Positions 15,138-28,481 are shown, counted from the first letter of the stretch. The stretch is DNA of 64,000 nt from Octopus vulgaris (GCA_951406725.2 OX597815.1:170066001-170130000); one strand, 5' to 3'. Notes: generated from the letters alone by a model not told the origin. Numbers and translations are program-made.

Positions 15138-15176
15138 ATATATATATATATATATATATGTACATGTAAGTATGTA

Positions 15177-16431
15177 TATTGTGTTGGCAACTACGTTCCC
15201 GCCGTTGTTTTTAAATTTTGGAATTTATTGTGTTTTTCAATTTTGGAATCTGTTTTTTTCGAAAAATCTATTTTTGAATCGTTTTGGAATCTATTTTCTT
15301 CTTTCTTTTTCTAGTTAATTTTAGTTAATTTTTGTTTAATTTCAGATCATTAAGATGGAACGTCAAGTTAAGAAAAACGAGCATTTTCGACACCTTCTTT
15401 TTGGTTTTAATCAAGGTTCTAAGGCTGCAAAAGCTGCTCGCGACATTTGTGTTGGGTATAGAGAGGGTACCATAGCTGAAAGAACGCTCGTGATTGGTGT
15501 GCCAAGTTCAAAAATGGAAATTTTGGCCTCAAAGACGCACCTCGTTCTGGCTGTACAGTTGAAATCGTTGAAGGGCGAGTAAACCAACTTTTGCACAAAA
15601 TTCTTGTCAATCGACAAGAGAACTGGCAGTGTGGACTACTCCCACACTGCTATAGAGAAGCATCTTCACTCGATGGGAAAGCTTCAGAAGTATGGAGCCT
15701 GGGTTCCGCATGCTTTATGTGACAACAACAAAAATCAACGAGCCACAATCTCCGCTGGTTTGCTTGCTCGTCACCGCTCAAATCATGGACACAAGCAACG
15801 ATTTGTTCACCGAATCGTTACTGGCGACGAAAAATAGTGCCTGTACATCAATCAGCGTAAGGAATGGCTTAGCCCCGGTAAACAAACGACACCGCGCGTG
15901 AAACAAGATCTTCATCCGCATAAAACGATGTTGTGCGTATGAACGGAACCAAACGGTCAACGGCGATCTCTCTGTTCAATAGATGGAACGATTCAACGCG
16001 GCTATTCAAGAGAAAAGACCTAATCGGCAGCATAGAGTTCTTCAGCTACACGACAACGCTCACCTTCATATCAGCAATATGACCAAGGAAGTCATTCAAA
16101 CGCATGGCTGGAAAGTGCTGCCACACACGCCGTACTCTTCTAATTTGGCACCAACGGATTTCCACCTCTTTCGATGTCTTTGAAATGCTATGCGCGGACT
16201 TTCGTTCAATACTGATGCAGAATTGAGAGCTTCGTTGGATCAAGTTTTCGAGTCGAAATCGGATGATTTCTACCAACGAGGTATTGAAAATCTTGTTGAA
16301 CGTTGGGAAGAAGTTGTAAACAACAATGGTGAATACATTATTGATTAATTAGTTGTTATTTTTTTTATTAAACCTTTATAAAAATTTTAATTAAAAAAAA
16401 AAGCGGCGTGAACTTAGTTGCCAACCAAATA
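15177..16431 (+). mobile_element. mariner transposon with mellifera-subfamily-like TIRs
   Basis: TIRs TATTGTGTTGGCAACTACGTTCCCGCCG vs reverse complement of the right end TATTTGGTTGGCAACTAAGTTCACGCCG. TA termini, 1.25 kb. Confidence 0.92.
15355..16348 (+). pseudogene. mariner transposase pseudogene (frameshifts, internal deletion near 15940)
   Basis: MERQVKKNEHFRHLLFGFNQGSKAAKAARDIC, YGAWVPHAL, RIVTGDEK, LHDNAH, HTPYSSNLAPTDFHLF and C-terminal RWEEVVNNNGEYIID*. Confidence 0.93.
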
Positions 16432-16782
16432 CATACATTTAAACATCCATGTGTATACATACATATATATATGTTAGATGGGAAAAAAATTTATATTAAA
16501 AAATAATAATTGATGTTAGTTAATGTTGTTGATCAAGATTTCTCCATGTTCTGATTAATTTATATTAGTATCTATATATTTATGTGTATGTGTGTGTCGC
16601 CATCGCTTCACAACCAATGCTGGTGTGTTTAATTCCCCGTAACCTAGCAGCTCAGCAAAAGACATCGTTAGAATAAGTACAAGTCTTACAAAGAATATAT
16701 TTTGGGGTGAAGACTAAAACCCTTTAAGGTGGTGCTCCAGCATGATTACAGTCAAATGACTGAAACAAGTAAAAGAATAAAA

Positions 16783-16941
16783 GGTGTGACTGTGTGGTAA
16801 GAAGATTGCTTCTCAACCACATGATTCCGATTTCAATCCCACTGCGTGGAACCTAGGGCAAGTGCTTTCTTTTATAGCCTCAGACCGACCAAAGCCAGGT
16901 GAATGGATTTGGTAAATGGAAACTGTAAGAAGCACACCGTA

Positions 16942-16995
<54 letters not shown>

Positions 16996-17225
16996 GTGTA
17001 TATATATACACATACATGCACACACACACATATATATTTGTGTCTGTGTTTGTCCCGCTATCTTCACCTGACAACCGATGTTGGTGTGTTAACGTCCCCG
17101 GAACTTAATGGTGCGGCAAAAGTAAACGATAGAATAAGCACTATGCTTACAAAGAATAAGTACTGGGGTCGAAAATTTCGACTAAAGACGGTGCCCCATC
17201 AAATGTCTGAAACAAGTGAAAAAAA
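16783..17225 (+). mobile_element. SINE family B, near full length
   Basis: tRNA-like head, GGATTTGGTAAATGGAAACTG, internal (TA)n/(CA)n, 3' part ending CTGAAACAAGTG. Confidence 0.85.
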
Positions 17226-17503
17226 AAACAAACCAAAAGAATATATATATATATATATGTATATGTGTGTGTGTTTGCGTGTGTGTGTGTGTGTGTGTGT
17301 GTATGCTTGTGTATGAAACAACACGTGATTTTGCACTATTTTTCTCTGTCTGTCTGAACTCTTTCCTTTATTTGCCGAAAAGCGATACTCAGCTGACCGC
17401 CCCAGCTCTGGTTTCCATCTTAAACTTTCTCTACGCATTCACTGATTAAGGCATTTTGACTTACTATTGTTCCTGCTTTTATGTTTTTATTTCTGATTTG
17501 GCT

Positions 17504-17546
<43 letters not shown>

Positions 17547-17550
<4 letters not shown>

Positions 17551-17775
17551 GCTGCACTCACGACCGTGCGAGATCGTGGCCTTAGTTCTTGGACTTGCTG
17601 GTTTGTTGTGTTCTTGAGCAAAACACTTCATTTCACGTTGTTCTGTGATCACTTGACATGTGAAACATGTGGTACACCCTGCACCTGTTCAGGGAATATC
17701 GAATTGGTGGAGGGAGTGAGGTAAAGTACAACACAAACATTTAATCACTATAAATAAATCACCTGTGCAGGTTGT
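17547..17775 (+). mobile_element. SINE family C (tRNA head plus CORE-like segment), degenerate
   Basis: TTGTGTTCTTGAGCAAAACACTTCATTTCACGTTG resembles the reverse complement of 20285-20325. Confidence 0.6.
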
Positions 17776-18323
17776 ACGTCGTCTTCGACGGAAGATTCTA
17801 TTATGTTTCCACACACACATGCACACACGCACACATAAAAACACACATAAACATTGACATACATTTATACATACATACATGCATACATACATACATACAT
17901 ACATACATACATACATACATACAGTGGCTTTGTGCAGAGAAAAGAAATCTTAAATCTGAGACGTTCAACTACTTCCTATAGAATATACGCTATGATAAAA
18001 ATCATGTGGGTGTATAAATACTAGGTAAAATGAAATTGATTTCATTTGGATTTCTCTTGATAAAGTACCTCCCGGTGATTAGTAAATTACACTCTCCCCA
18101 CGCCCAGACGCCAAAACGCGTGCTGATACACGCATGCAATCATACCCTCGCATACTCACATATATATGTATGTGTATGTATGCATACACATATACATCCA
18201 TATGCATATATATGTATGTATATATATATGTATATAATTATGTGTGTGCATTTGTAGTATTTGTACACACACACATACACACTCACATATAGATATTTAT
18301 CTATTGTATGTTGGTATTCGTAG

Positions 18324-18416
<93 letters not shown>

Positions 18417-18419
18417 ATA

Positions 18420-18612
18420 GATCGTTAGCCACTAAACCTTTTTCTATTTTCTCTTCCTGTTTATTTTTGTGTTCCTTTCTATCGAAGAGCTTAGGCTGGA
18501 AATGTGAAAGACTTTCTCACTTCCCGAACGTTAAAGTAATGCATCTGTTTGTTGCTTGCACATCCGTCTTCGTCTTTTGTTCTTTTTCTTTGTGCAAATT
18601 CTCATTTTATTT
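18420..18612 (+). mobile_element. Short non-coding element with a degenerate hammerhead-like motif (family D), copy 1
   Basis: Homologous to 21846-22092 (-) and 42757-42955 (+): GATCGTTAGC...GAAGAGC(G/T)TAGGCT..AAA..T.AAAGACTT; flanked by (TA)n. Confidence 0.7.
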
Positions 18613-18779
18613 ATAAGCATATATATATGTCTGTATATATATATATATATCCATCTATCTATCAATATATATGTATATATATATATATATCCATCTATCT
18701 ATCAATATATATATACATACTGGAAAAAGGATATATGTAATTTCATTGGGATCCCTTCGCATCGAAGACCGGTGATTGT

Positions 18780-18824
18780 CGTGCGCTGACGACGGCTAAA
18801 TACCTAGAAACCCGGGTCCGTGCG
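18780..18824 (+). ncRNA. Minimal type I hammerhead ribozyme motif
   Basis: CGTGCG-CTGACGA-CGGCTAAATACCTA-GAAA-CCCGGG-TC-CGTGCG. Intact core, palindromic stem III, GUC triplet, stem I pairs with two G-U wobbles, weak stem II. Confidence 0.6.
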
Positions 18825-19040
18825 TATCACGTCAGATCGATGATGGGAATGATGGCTTCGCTTTGCAAATACCGCTGGGGCACAGAAAGTGTGTCAATAG
18901 CCAGCTGGAGAAGATGTTCTCCTGGGGCTACAAGCTACAGTAGCATCCACCCTTAGTGGTTAGTCACATTTATGTGGCAAATATACTTCACACTGTCATG
19001 CAGCTACTGTTTATACTTCGTTCAGAGATTTATTATTGCT

Positions 19041-19102
<62 letters not shown>

Positions 19103-19796
19103 TGTATTTACCTATATACATCTGTATTTGTATAATTCAGTTTTATCACTACAAGCAGGAAAATATAAAGATAAAAGATTAGACAACTGTTAGTCAATAA
19201 CAAAAATGCAAGCAAATCATAGAAGACCCAAAAGGAAGCTACGTATTAAAATATATTCTATAAATCAAATGCACTCAGACTTTAAGTTAGTTGAACGTAT
19301 CATAAAAATATCTCGCTAAATAGAAAATATAATGGTCAGTACACGAAATTATAATGAAACTTTAATAATGTAATAGAGAAACAAAGCTAAAAGCTATTCT
19401 CATCAATAATAAATGACAAATCCGCTGAATATTCTTCAGATGACTAATGTCATTTATAAATTAAAAGGTATACTCTATGACTTCAAACAATCACATTAGA
19501 CTTTTTCCTTACTAAATTGTCATATAGTATCTATTAGAAAACAGGAAAATCATATTAATGATGCCTTAATTTCTTGGCGGTTGACCATTCCTTCACTGCA
19601 GTAAGGTGAGATAAAGTGTTATAACGTTTAAGGCAACACTAAAATTAGGCAGCAATTCAATTGATAACATAAGGCAGTGATTTGATAGAATTCTTAGGGC
19701 TTAGAATAAAGTGCTTTCCAAAATTTGTTTCGATTTTCAGTACTTTAACTTTGCGGTCTATTCATTCGGGATCGATAACAATATATTTATCTAGGG

Positions 19797-20120
19797 CAGT
19801 GGTTTTCAACCAGGGTTCCACTAGTACATTTATGTAACTTCCGCAAGAAGTTACATAAATGCTAAACTCGACAGTAATTTTTAATTTTCCTGTGCAGATA
19901 TGTGTGTACATGTTAGGCCTACGTGTACATCTACGACTTGCACGCCAGCGTAGATGACCCTGATTCTAGGGAGATGAATTGGCAGGACTTTAAGAACATC
20001 GGTCCAGATGCAAGACCGTTTTAGCAGCATCATTGGTCGCGAGCAAATCAATGCGCGCTGAGTTCTATAGTACCATGGCACTCCATTAGTTACAACGACG
20101 AGGGTTCCAGTGAATCGGAT
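19797..20120 (+). mobile_element. Probable hAT-type MITE left portion
   Basis: Begins CAGTGGTTTTCAACC (hAT/Charlie-like terminus), with repeated AGGGTTCC motifs and a perfect 15-bp hairpin. No right TIR found. Confidence 0.45.
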
Positions 20121-20400
20121 CAATGTAAGAACTCGTTCGTTAAATTAACGTGCAAATTGGCTGAGCACAGCACAGGCACTTGTCAGCTTCATGTAGTTCT
20201 CTGGGAGATTCGGCCTGACACAAAATGTGACAAGGCTGGCCCTCTGCAATACAGGTACTACTCATTTTTGCCACCTGAGTGGACTGGAGCAACAAGAAAT
20301 AAAGTGTCTTGATCGGGGACACAATACGCGGCCGGGAATCGAACTCACGTCCTTACGATCGTGAGCTGAATGCCCTAAGCCATAAGCAACACGCCTTCAC
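20121..20400 (-). mobile_element. SINE family C, full length
   Basis: Reverse complement starts GTGAAGGCGTGTTGCTTATGGCTTAGGGCATTCAGCTCACGATCG...GAGTTCGATTCCCGG (A/B boxes), then CAAGACACTTTATTTCTTGTTGCTCCAGTCCACTCAG. Confidence 0.8.
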
Positions 20401-21630
20401 GCCTATAGCATATACCCATAGCATATACAGATTAGATCTATGGGACCTCAGAGTAAGCGCCCAGTCTGTCCATGTCTTAACACAGCAACGACCGGATGCT
20501 TTGTATTATTGCTTTAATTCATTGTCCTGATTTCAAACATTTCCACAGCATACATGGCTGGTAAGCTTAATCCGCTTGATCTGTCGATGGGATTAATATC
20601 ATCACTTGAATGTCTTTAGCAGAGTCCACTCTTTTGCAAGCATTCCAACCAGGTTTCCAGTTTGAGGATTCCTTCCCATTAGCTTCATCCCTCTCTCTCA
20701 GCAAATCCAGAGACTCTGTAAAGAGTCATGGACAATACATTACCCACCAACTGACGGATAAGAAATACAAGAATTCTATATACCATATTCTCCGGCATAG
20801 ATATCAACGTAGTATATAGTGTAAACATTCAAACACTGCTACTATCTTTCCAAATCCTGCTACATTTCCTGTAGAAATTTTGTTTCTCTAAAATTATCAT
20901 CATATATATTAAAATTATATGACCTACTCTTGTTGGCTGTAAATATTGGTGAGAAAAATTTGATTTTATGGCGGAAAATATGATAGTATGTCAAAAAAAT
21001 TGTTTAATCATAGAAACTATATTAATCATAAAATATGGCGTAAAACTCTACACACTTAGCGCATCGTAGCTATGAACTGATTTCAAGATCTAAATTGATA
21101 TCTCATTGTGGATAAAAAAAAAACAAAACATGTTAATGTTCGGTTATAATGAATGAGGAATAGGTATAACAAGATTTTTATGATGCTCGCTTAAACTGAA
21201 AATGGAAAGCATCAAGTTTATGGTCGTATTTTGAAAACAGCAGTTTACGACTGAATAAGCAACACGTAACCGAGTTAATATTTTGATGGGTAACCGCCTG
21301 AAAAAAAAAAAGAAAAATCTTTATGCTGTAAAGCATATTTTTGACGAATCTGTGTGGTTGGTTCCACATGATAAATCAACTTGCCAGAAATAACAGAGAA
21401 TGTGTAGCTCATTTCACAGGTTACCATCTTAAAACGTGATACACATATAATAAAGTGAATTTAAATGTACGACGCCATATGGATGCCTTTGCCTTTGAAT
21501 GCTTTTGTTCAGAGATTTGCTCGATCGGGGCTGATTTGGAGCAAACTAACGACAGAAGCAACAACAACAACAATAGCAGCAGCAGCATCGAAGGAAGTAC
21601 AACTGCTATTAAATTATTTCTTTGTATATA

Positions 21631-21775
21631 GGCGTAGGAGTGGCTGTGTGGTAAGTAGATTGCTAACCAACCACATGCTTCTGTGTTCAGTCTCAATGCG
21701 TGGCACCTTGGACATGTGTCTTCTACTAAAGCCTTGTGAGTGGATTTGGTAGACGGAAACTGAAAGAAGCCCGCC

Positions 21776-21849
<74 letters not shown>

Positions 21850-22299
21850 AAGCTAAGGGAAAGTTTCGCAGGCAAACTGCACTGTTATGAGGTTCAGGCG
21901 AACTGCACGTTAGAACTGCACTGTAGAAAATAAACAAAAGACGAAGGCAGGTGGTGTACAAACAAACAGATGTATTAGTATAGCGCTCAGGAATAGAAAA
22001 AGTCTTTTACGTTTTGAGCCTACGCTCTTCTACAGAAAGATACACAGAAAAAAACAAGGAGAGAAAAAAATGTGTGTAGTAGCTAACGATCTATCGTGTC
22101 TGTGTTTGTCTCCCCAACATTGCTTGCCAACCGATACTGATGTGTCTACGTCCCCGTAACTTAGCGGTTCGGCAAAAGAGACCGATATAATAAGTACTAG
22201 GCTTATAAAGGAATAAGTCCTGGGGTCGATTTACTCGACAAAAAGTGGTGCTCCAGCATGGCCGCAGTCAAATGACTGAAACAACTAAAAGAGTAAAAG
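21631..22299 (+). mobile_element. SINE family B interrupted at its (TA)n by a family D element
   Basis: Head GGCGTAGGAGTGGCTGTGTGGTAAGTAG to about 21777; the 3' half resumes at about 22095 (GTGTCTGTGTTTGTC...GACTGAAACAACTAAAAGAGTAAAAG). Confidence 0.88.
21846..22092 (-). mobile_element. Family D hammerhead-like element, copy 2
   Basis: Reverse complement of 22003-22040 is TCTTT-CTGTAGA-AGAGCGTAGGCTC-AAAA-CG-TA-AAAGA. Confidence 0.72.
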
Positions 22300-22394
22300 C
22301 ATAGATAATTCTAGGAAGATTTTGAATCGCTTCTAGATCTATCTACTAAATATAACAAAAGCGATGACGATGATGATGATGATTATAATAATGT

Positions 22395-23290
22395 AGTACT
22401 CATTTTATCGACTCTGAAAAGGAGGAAGGGAAAAGTCAACCTCGGCGGAATTTGAACTCAGAACGTAAAGCCGAAAGAATTGCCGCAATTAATTTCGTCT
22501 GAACGCACTAACGATACTGCCAGTTTGCTTGCCTTAACAACAATAAACTTTTGAATTTTGGCTCAAGGCCAGCAATTTTGATAGGAGTGGGGAAATAGAT
22601 TACATCGACCACCACCCCTGTACTCAACTGGTATTTTATTTTATCGTCTTCAAAATGGATGAAAGTCGACACCAGAAGAATTTGAACTTAGAACATAATG
22701 AGTCGAAAGAAATACCGCCAGCATTTTTTTAGGGGAATGTGTTAGTCGACCACGTTGATCCCAGGGCTCAATTAATACTTATTTCATCGATCCCGAAAAG
22801 CCGAAAAGCAAAGTCGACCGCGGTGGTAATTGAGTTCATAGTAATATATGTATATGTGTATAAGGCTACGAGCTGGCAGAAACGTTAGTGCGCCGGGCGA
22901 AATGCTTAAGGGGTATTTCGTCCGACGCTGCGTTCTGAGTTAAAATTCTGCCGAGGTCGACTTTGCCTTTCATCCTTTCGGGGTCGATAAATTAAGTACC
23001 AGTTACGCACTGGGGTCGATGGAATCGACGTAATCCGTTTGTCTGTCTTTGTTTGTCCCCTCTGTGTGTAGCCCCCCTGTGGGCAATAAAGAAATAAGAA
23101 TCGTTATCACGTGGGTCAAAATGCTTTCCGGCATTTCGTGCATCTTCACGTTCTGAGTTCAAATTCCAACGAGGTTTAATTTGCCTTTCATCCCCTTGGG
23201 GTCGATATTATAATAAGTACCAGTTGAGAACTGGGGTCGATGTAACCAACCTAACTCCTCGTCCCGAAATTGCTGGCCTTCCACCAAAAG
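22395..23290. mobile_element. Cluster of family A SINEs (three minus-strand copies at 22395-22840, a plus-strand dimer at 22863-23290)
   Basis: Repeated AAAGTCGACC..GGAATTTGAACTCAGAAC (minus) and GAGTTCAAATTC..GTCGACTTTGCCTTTCATCC (plus) motifs. Confidence 0.82.
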
Positions 23291-23735
23291 CTAACATGTA
23301 TGTATATGCATCTATATATTATATTGCAACGCCTCACATGCAGTAAATTCACTACCTTACGAATGAATCAATAAACAATTAGAAGTTAATCACGTGACTA
23401 TATCTCTGAAATGCGTGCATACGAGCGCACGTGAGCAAGCGCGTGTATGTTTGTATGCACTGAAAAATCAGGGGCAAAGTTAGTTATATATTATATGTAA
23501 AGACGGAAAATTGAAAGGTAAAATGAAATGGAAAATGCAACAGTCAAACGAAATATCGTAGCATTGATTGGTAATTAGAGGATTAAAAATAATTTCCGTG
23601 CTTCTGGAACGCTGAACATTTTAAATAGTGATCACCAGAGCGAACTATTTTGGTGGTTGTCATTTCCTACATTATTGCTATGCTAACGATACATAGACAA
23701 GCACTAATGATGCTTCACCTAGCACCACTAGCAAT

Positions 23736-24150
23736 GCCACCACCACCACCACCACCACCACCACCACCACCACAACCATTTTCAGTGCCATCATCAATCA
23801 CCATCACCATCAGGGGTAACACCACCACCAACAACAACACCAACAGCACCACAAACAACACCACCAACAACACCAACACCACTACTTATGCCAGCACCAT
23901 ACCCACCACTACCAGTGCCACCACCACAATCACAACCACTACCGGCACTAACCATCACCATCACCATCACCATCACAACAACCATTACCATCACTGCCGC
24001 CGCCGCCACAGCCATTACTGCAACCATTGCAGCCGCTGCTTTCGCCACTGCCACCACCACCGCTACTGCTACCGCTACCATTGATGCCACCACTGCCACC
24101 ACCGCTGCCGCCGTACGTCACAACCGCCACCATCAACCCCCCCCACCACA
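23736..24150. repeat. Degenerate (CAC/ACC/GCC)n trinucleotide low-complexity tract
   Basis: Directly visible; explains the poly-P/T/H ORFs. Confidence 0.9.
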
Positions 24151-25060
24151 AACGATAAATGTTTCTCTTCCTTTCACCAAATCACCTCCACCGTTACACT
24201 CTCCGCCCTTTTACTGCTGTAGTTCCAGTCATTTACGATCACTTTACTAATATTCCATTTATTATACACCCTGGTTTCTCCTAAAACCACCGTTACTCCT
24301 ATATAATCCTACACACACACACAAACACGGACACACGCACACACATTTGGAAACACCATATTACTGACGAAGTAGTAATGTTTTGCATCAACAAATTGTA
24401 ATAAAAATAATGCAAATAGAAGAAAAAAAATATAATGTTGTAAACCAGCAACTCTTGCGTTTCGAGGGGAGCCTCTCATGGGACAGAGATGAAATACTGA
24501 AATGTTAGACTTATCTTCTTCCGCGCGGCAAAACACATATTCTACAATTGACTCCCTTGGTATTATCACCAACAAGCTAACCTATGCGCAAGTAAATTCA
24601 GAATTACTTTTCCATGTATCATTGTTTCTATAATTACGAACGATTATTCGTATTGATAGCAACAATAGTTTCTTCCCTAAACCTTTTTTTAGTTATTTCC
24701 CTTCTTCTCAGATATTCTTGATCCACTTGTCTCTCTATTCCACATCCTTGCTGCATGCAACCTTGCTGAGCTTCACACTAATCATTACACTCGTTTCTTT
24801 GCAGAACATCAGCCCCCTGGAAGTTCCCCGCCTTGTCACCAGCTTAGAATGGTTGAAGAGGACACTTTAGGCCTCAGTGTCAGTGGCCTCGGAGAGCCTG
24901 CGAAAGCGATTGGCTCAGTCTGTTTCTCCTGAGTCAAGAAGTAAAAGCTAACGTATTTTTAATCATAAACTTCCTTATTACGATAGCTAAAGTATATCTA
25001 TTGCTATTACTAACAATGACACTACTTGTGCTAAATAGAATATTGATTTGAAATTTCAAA

Positions 25061-25660
25061 GGTGGTGAGTTGGCAGAAACGTTAGCACGCCAGGCGAAAT
25101 GCCTAACGGTATTTCGTCTACCGTTACGTTCTGAGTTCAAATTCTGCCAAGGTCGACTTTGCTTTTCATCCTTTCGGGGTCGATAAATTAAGTACCAGTT
25201 ACGCACTGGAGTCGATGTAATAGACTTAATCCGTTTGTCTGTCCCTCTGTTTTTAGCCCTTTGTGGGTAATAAAGAAATAAGAATATTGATTTCAAATTT
25301 TGACACAAGGTCAGCAACGTAGGGGAGGAAGAAATTCGATTACATCGAACCCAGTGCTCAATTGGTTCTTATCGATCCCAAAATGATAAAGGCAAAGTGG
25401 ACTTCGGTAGAATTTGAACTCAAAATATAATATTAGCAATGCTAAGGCAACGAGCTGGCTGAAGCGTTAGCATGCTGGGGAAAATGCTTAGCAGCATTTC
25501 GTCCGTCTTTACATTCTGACTTCAAATTTCACAGAGGTCGTCTTTGCTTTTCACCCTTTCGAAGTTGATAAATTAAGTACCAGTTAAAAATTGGGGACGA
25601 TGAAATCGACTTACCCTACCTCCGAACTTGCTAGCTTTGTAGCAAAATGTAAAACCGATA
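25061..25660. mobile_element. Family A SINE cluster (+ 25061-25281 with TSD AGAATATTGATTT; - about 25290-25430; + about 25445-25660)
   Basis: Same head and body motifs as the other copies. Confidence 0.82.
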
Positions 25661-28481
25661 TTAGCAATACTAACACAAGTGCTAGCTATAGAACTGGAGA
25701 CATCACGTCCAAAAGTTCTCAAACTGACAAACAACAGTCTGTCCCCATAAAAATGTTATGGCAAAATTTTCGCACCTGTTTATTTTCTTTATTAGCGACA
25801 AGTCAAAATACAGTTAGCATTCATATAAATTCATTATTTTTCGCTATAGGGTTGCACAAATTTTAAATGTTTTAAGTCATCTCAGTTTCATTAAGCGTGA
25901 CAGTTTGCCAGCCCACTTTACAATTGTCACAACACCCTCCCCAAGGATATCTGCTACTCGTTCTATAATAAAACTTGCCAAATCGACATTTCAGTATATA
26001 GGTACATATGCTTAAATCTGTTTTTGATGCGTAAAGTGTTTGGCAGTAGGCAGTGACGCATATATATATAGCTTATAATGCGACCTATATTCAATACTTG
26101 AATGTATTGACCAGTCACGTGCAATAGCATAGTTTTCTTTCTATTTGTTCTAATTAAGGTCTTGGCAGTGGAGTTTTCAATTTCATGGTGGAGTCAGTAC
26201 GTTCTCTTGCGTCTCTAATTTATTTTCGAAAAAACTGAAAAGAGAATGGACATCACAATACTGCTGTCTGTTACTACTCAGAGTCACATTGACTCTCGCA
26301 TTTTAATTTTGTCATAAATTATGAAATTTTTGTGTCACTAGTTTACATTGCTCTCCACATTAATACATTTACAAGTTTGAGTGGAGAAGACTGTTTGCTA
26401 GCATGCCTGATTAATCCATTCATATATGAAACGGACATAAACTTCAACATCATCAAGATGAACTCCTGTTAAAATACGTACAAGAAGTGAAGTAGAAGAT
26501 ACGAACTATGTTATGTATTCAACATTATAATGTCACTATAATGAAATTATGAACTTATAACTGTCAAAATTTCCCATCTCAGACAAGATACTGAAATTTC
26601 TTGGAAGGACCACTCTCGAAAATTTAGAATATCTGTAAGATCACGTTCCATGTGTCATTGGCTTCCTCTTGATAGAAGTCATATTCACACACTACATTTT
26701 CAACACTAAAATGCATCTTCCGTATGAAATTCATCAAGGAAGTCAATGATGTCAGTATCAATTACAACATCATTTTTCTTTCGGTGAAGAAAGGATTTAT
26801 TTCTCAGGCGCAGCATCAGAAAGAAAGTGTCAAGGGAAGTCTGCTTGATTAGGGTTAAGTTTGAAGAGTGAATAATGGCAAATTTGAAGTGGAATTATTT
26901 TAATTTCAATTTCAGAAACGGCGATCCATTCATAGTATCTGTCCTAGCTGTTTGTAGATTCAAGTAGAATGGAGACAAATTTGCCTTGGGTAGATCTCAA
27001 GCAATATTTCTGAAGTGGAGAATAAACTGTTCTCACCATAAATAAAACAACACGTTTGCACAAATCTAAGCTTATAATTTATGAGCAGCATCATGTTTTC
27101 TCAATTACACTATTTCGTTTTCAATCTAAATATTGACGACAGAATCACTTCTAGTCGTTCTCCAGGACATAAGACATGTTGACGTGTGAAACCAGTTTGA
27201 ATGTGAGTATAATACGTTTTGAAACGACAATTGTGGCCGTGCCTAATTGGTGTCGCTGATTCGAAACTGATTTATTTCACTTCAGATGTATTGACCTCTC
27301 TCTCTCTCTCTCTCTCTCCCCTCATTTTTTGTTTATGATTAAGTGCATATTTCTCTTTCGTATGAAGAGATTGGGAAGTGTTTATGTCAATCTGTTCCTC
27401 ATGCTATCTCTTTCTCTCTGTATGTGTATATTCCTACACTAGGGTACGCGCTGTACACATGTGTGTATGCGTGTGTGTGTGTGTGTGGTGTGTGTGTGTA
27501 TGTGTGCATTTGCTTCCATTGCCAAAAGTGCTGTTGCTGAAACAAGTTAAATGTCCAGACAGCTGTGCAAAATCGCCAGCGTCGAAACAGCCATCCCGAT
27601 CGTCTCATTCTATCTAAATATAAATATAAATATCACCATTAATAAGAACTACTCATTACAATAAAAAAACGAGTGTTGTTAAATCAACGAGTATTATATT
27701 TGCTAAATGCGTCGAGTTCAAGTGCTAATGCAGAAAGTCTTTCATAAAACAGCTGATATCGTATCACTGCTTCGTATAAAATATATTCTTTGACCATCAT
27801 GCCGTTTCTGAATGAAATATTTTGTTGCAAATTCATGAATGAGAAATCATTTTCCATATGACAAAAGGTAGGTAGAAAATAGCATATGAAATTTATATAT
27901 TCAAATATCCTCAGAAGACTTCTTCAATATTATCTACAAATAAATGTACCTTCCTTTGCAAGTGAACTATATTATTCATTTGAGTAACAAAATATCTTCT
28001 TTTATGTAATAAAAATACTTTATAAAGTATATCAATGTAGCGTTTGATATGCTTTTGCGTTTTCTCTTATAAAATATTCCTGCATCTATTTTGCCGCATC
28101 AGGAAATATTCAGCTGAATATTTTATTGATAAATTACGATGAAATTATTTAAAATCGATCGTTTGGAAACAACATAGCTGTGTTCCCAAAAGTGAGATAT
28201 CAACAGAACCGAAGTCAATCAAAGCCTCCAGCCCCCTACTCCCCACTATTACTACACAAACCGGTAAAGAAATTAATATCACCAGTTCTACCCAACTAGC
28301 TGCACCATTAACATTGCAGTATCTACAATAAACAGAAACAACAATAAAAACAACTTTATCATAACAAACGTCATCATCGCCCTTCTCAGCGTTGTCGTCG
28401 TCGGCGTCATCGCCATCTCGTTATTGTAACCGTAAACATTGTCAATAACAATGTAATGTAGACTACTAGCAACAATACCCA

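Larger units (their letters stand above)
14887..16782 (+). mobile_element. SINE family B split by a mariner insertion in its internal microsatellite
   Basis: 5' half at about 14887-15042 (GTGTGGTAAGAAGCTTGCTTCCCAACC...CGGAAAC); 3' half at about 16590-16782 (CATCGCTTCACAACC...GCTCCAGCATG...GACTGAAACAAGTAAAAG). Confidence 0.75.

Noticed and set aside
23650-24250. Poly-Pro/Thr/His ORFs resembling a transcription-factor low-complexity exon
   Set aside because: Open in several frames on both strands because of the (CAC)n repeat; no domain or clear splice signals.
24803-24931. Possible exon after ACTAAT...TTTCTTTGCAG
   Set aside because: The acceptor looks plausible, but all three frames hit stops and no peptide is recognisable; it may be a repeat fragment.
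26230-27200. Possible decayed hAT transposase (KREWTSQYC-like fragment)
   Set aside because: Only isolated weak peptide hints, no TIRs and no continuous frame; needs BLASTX.
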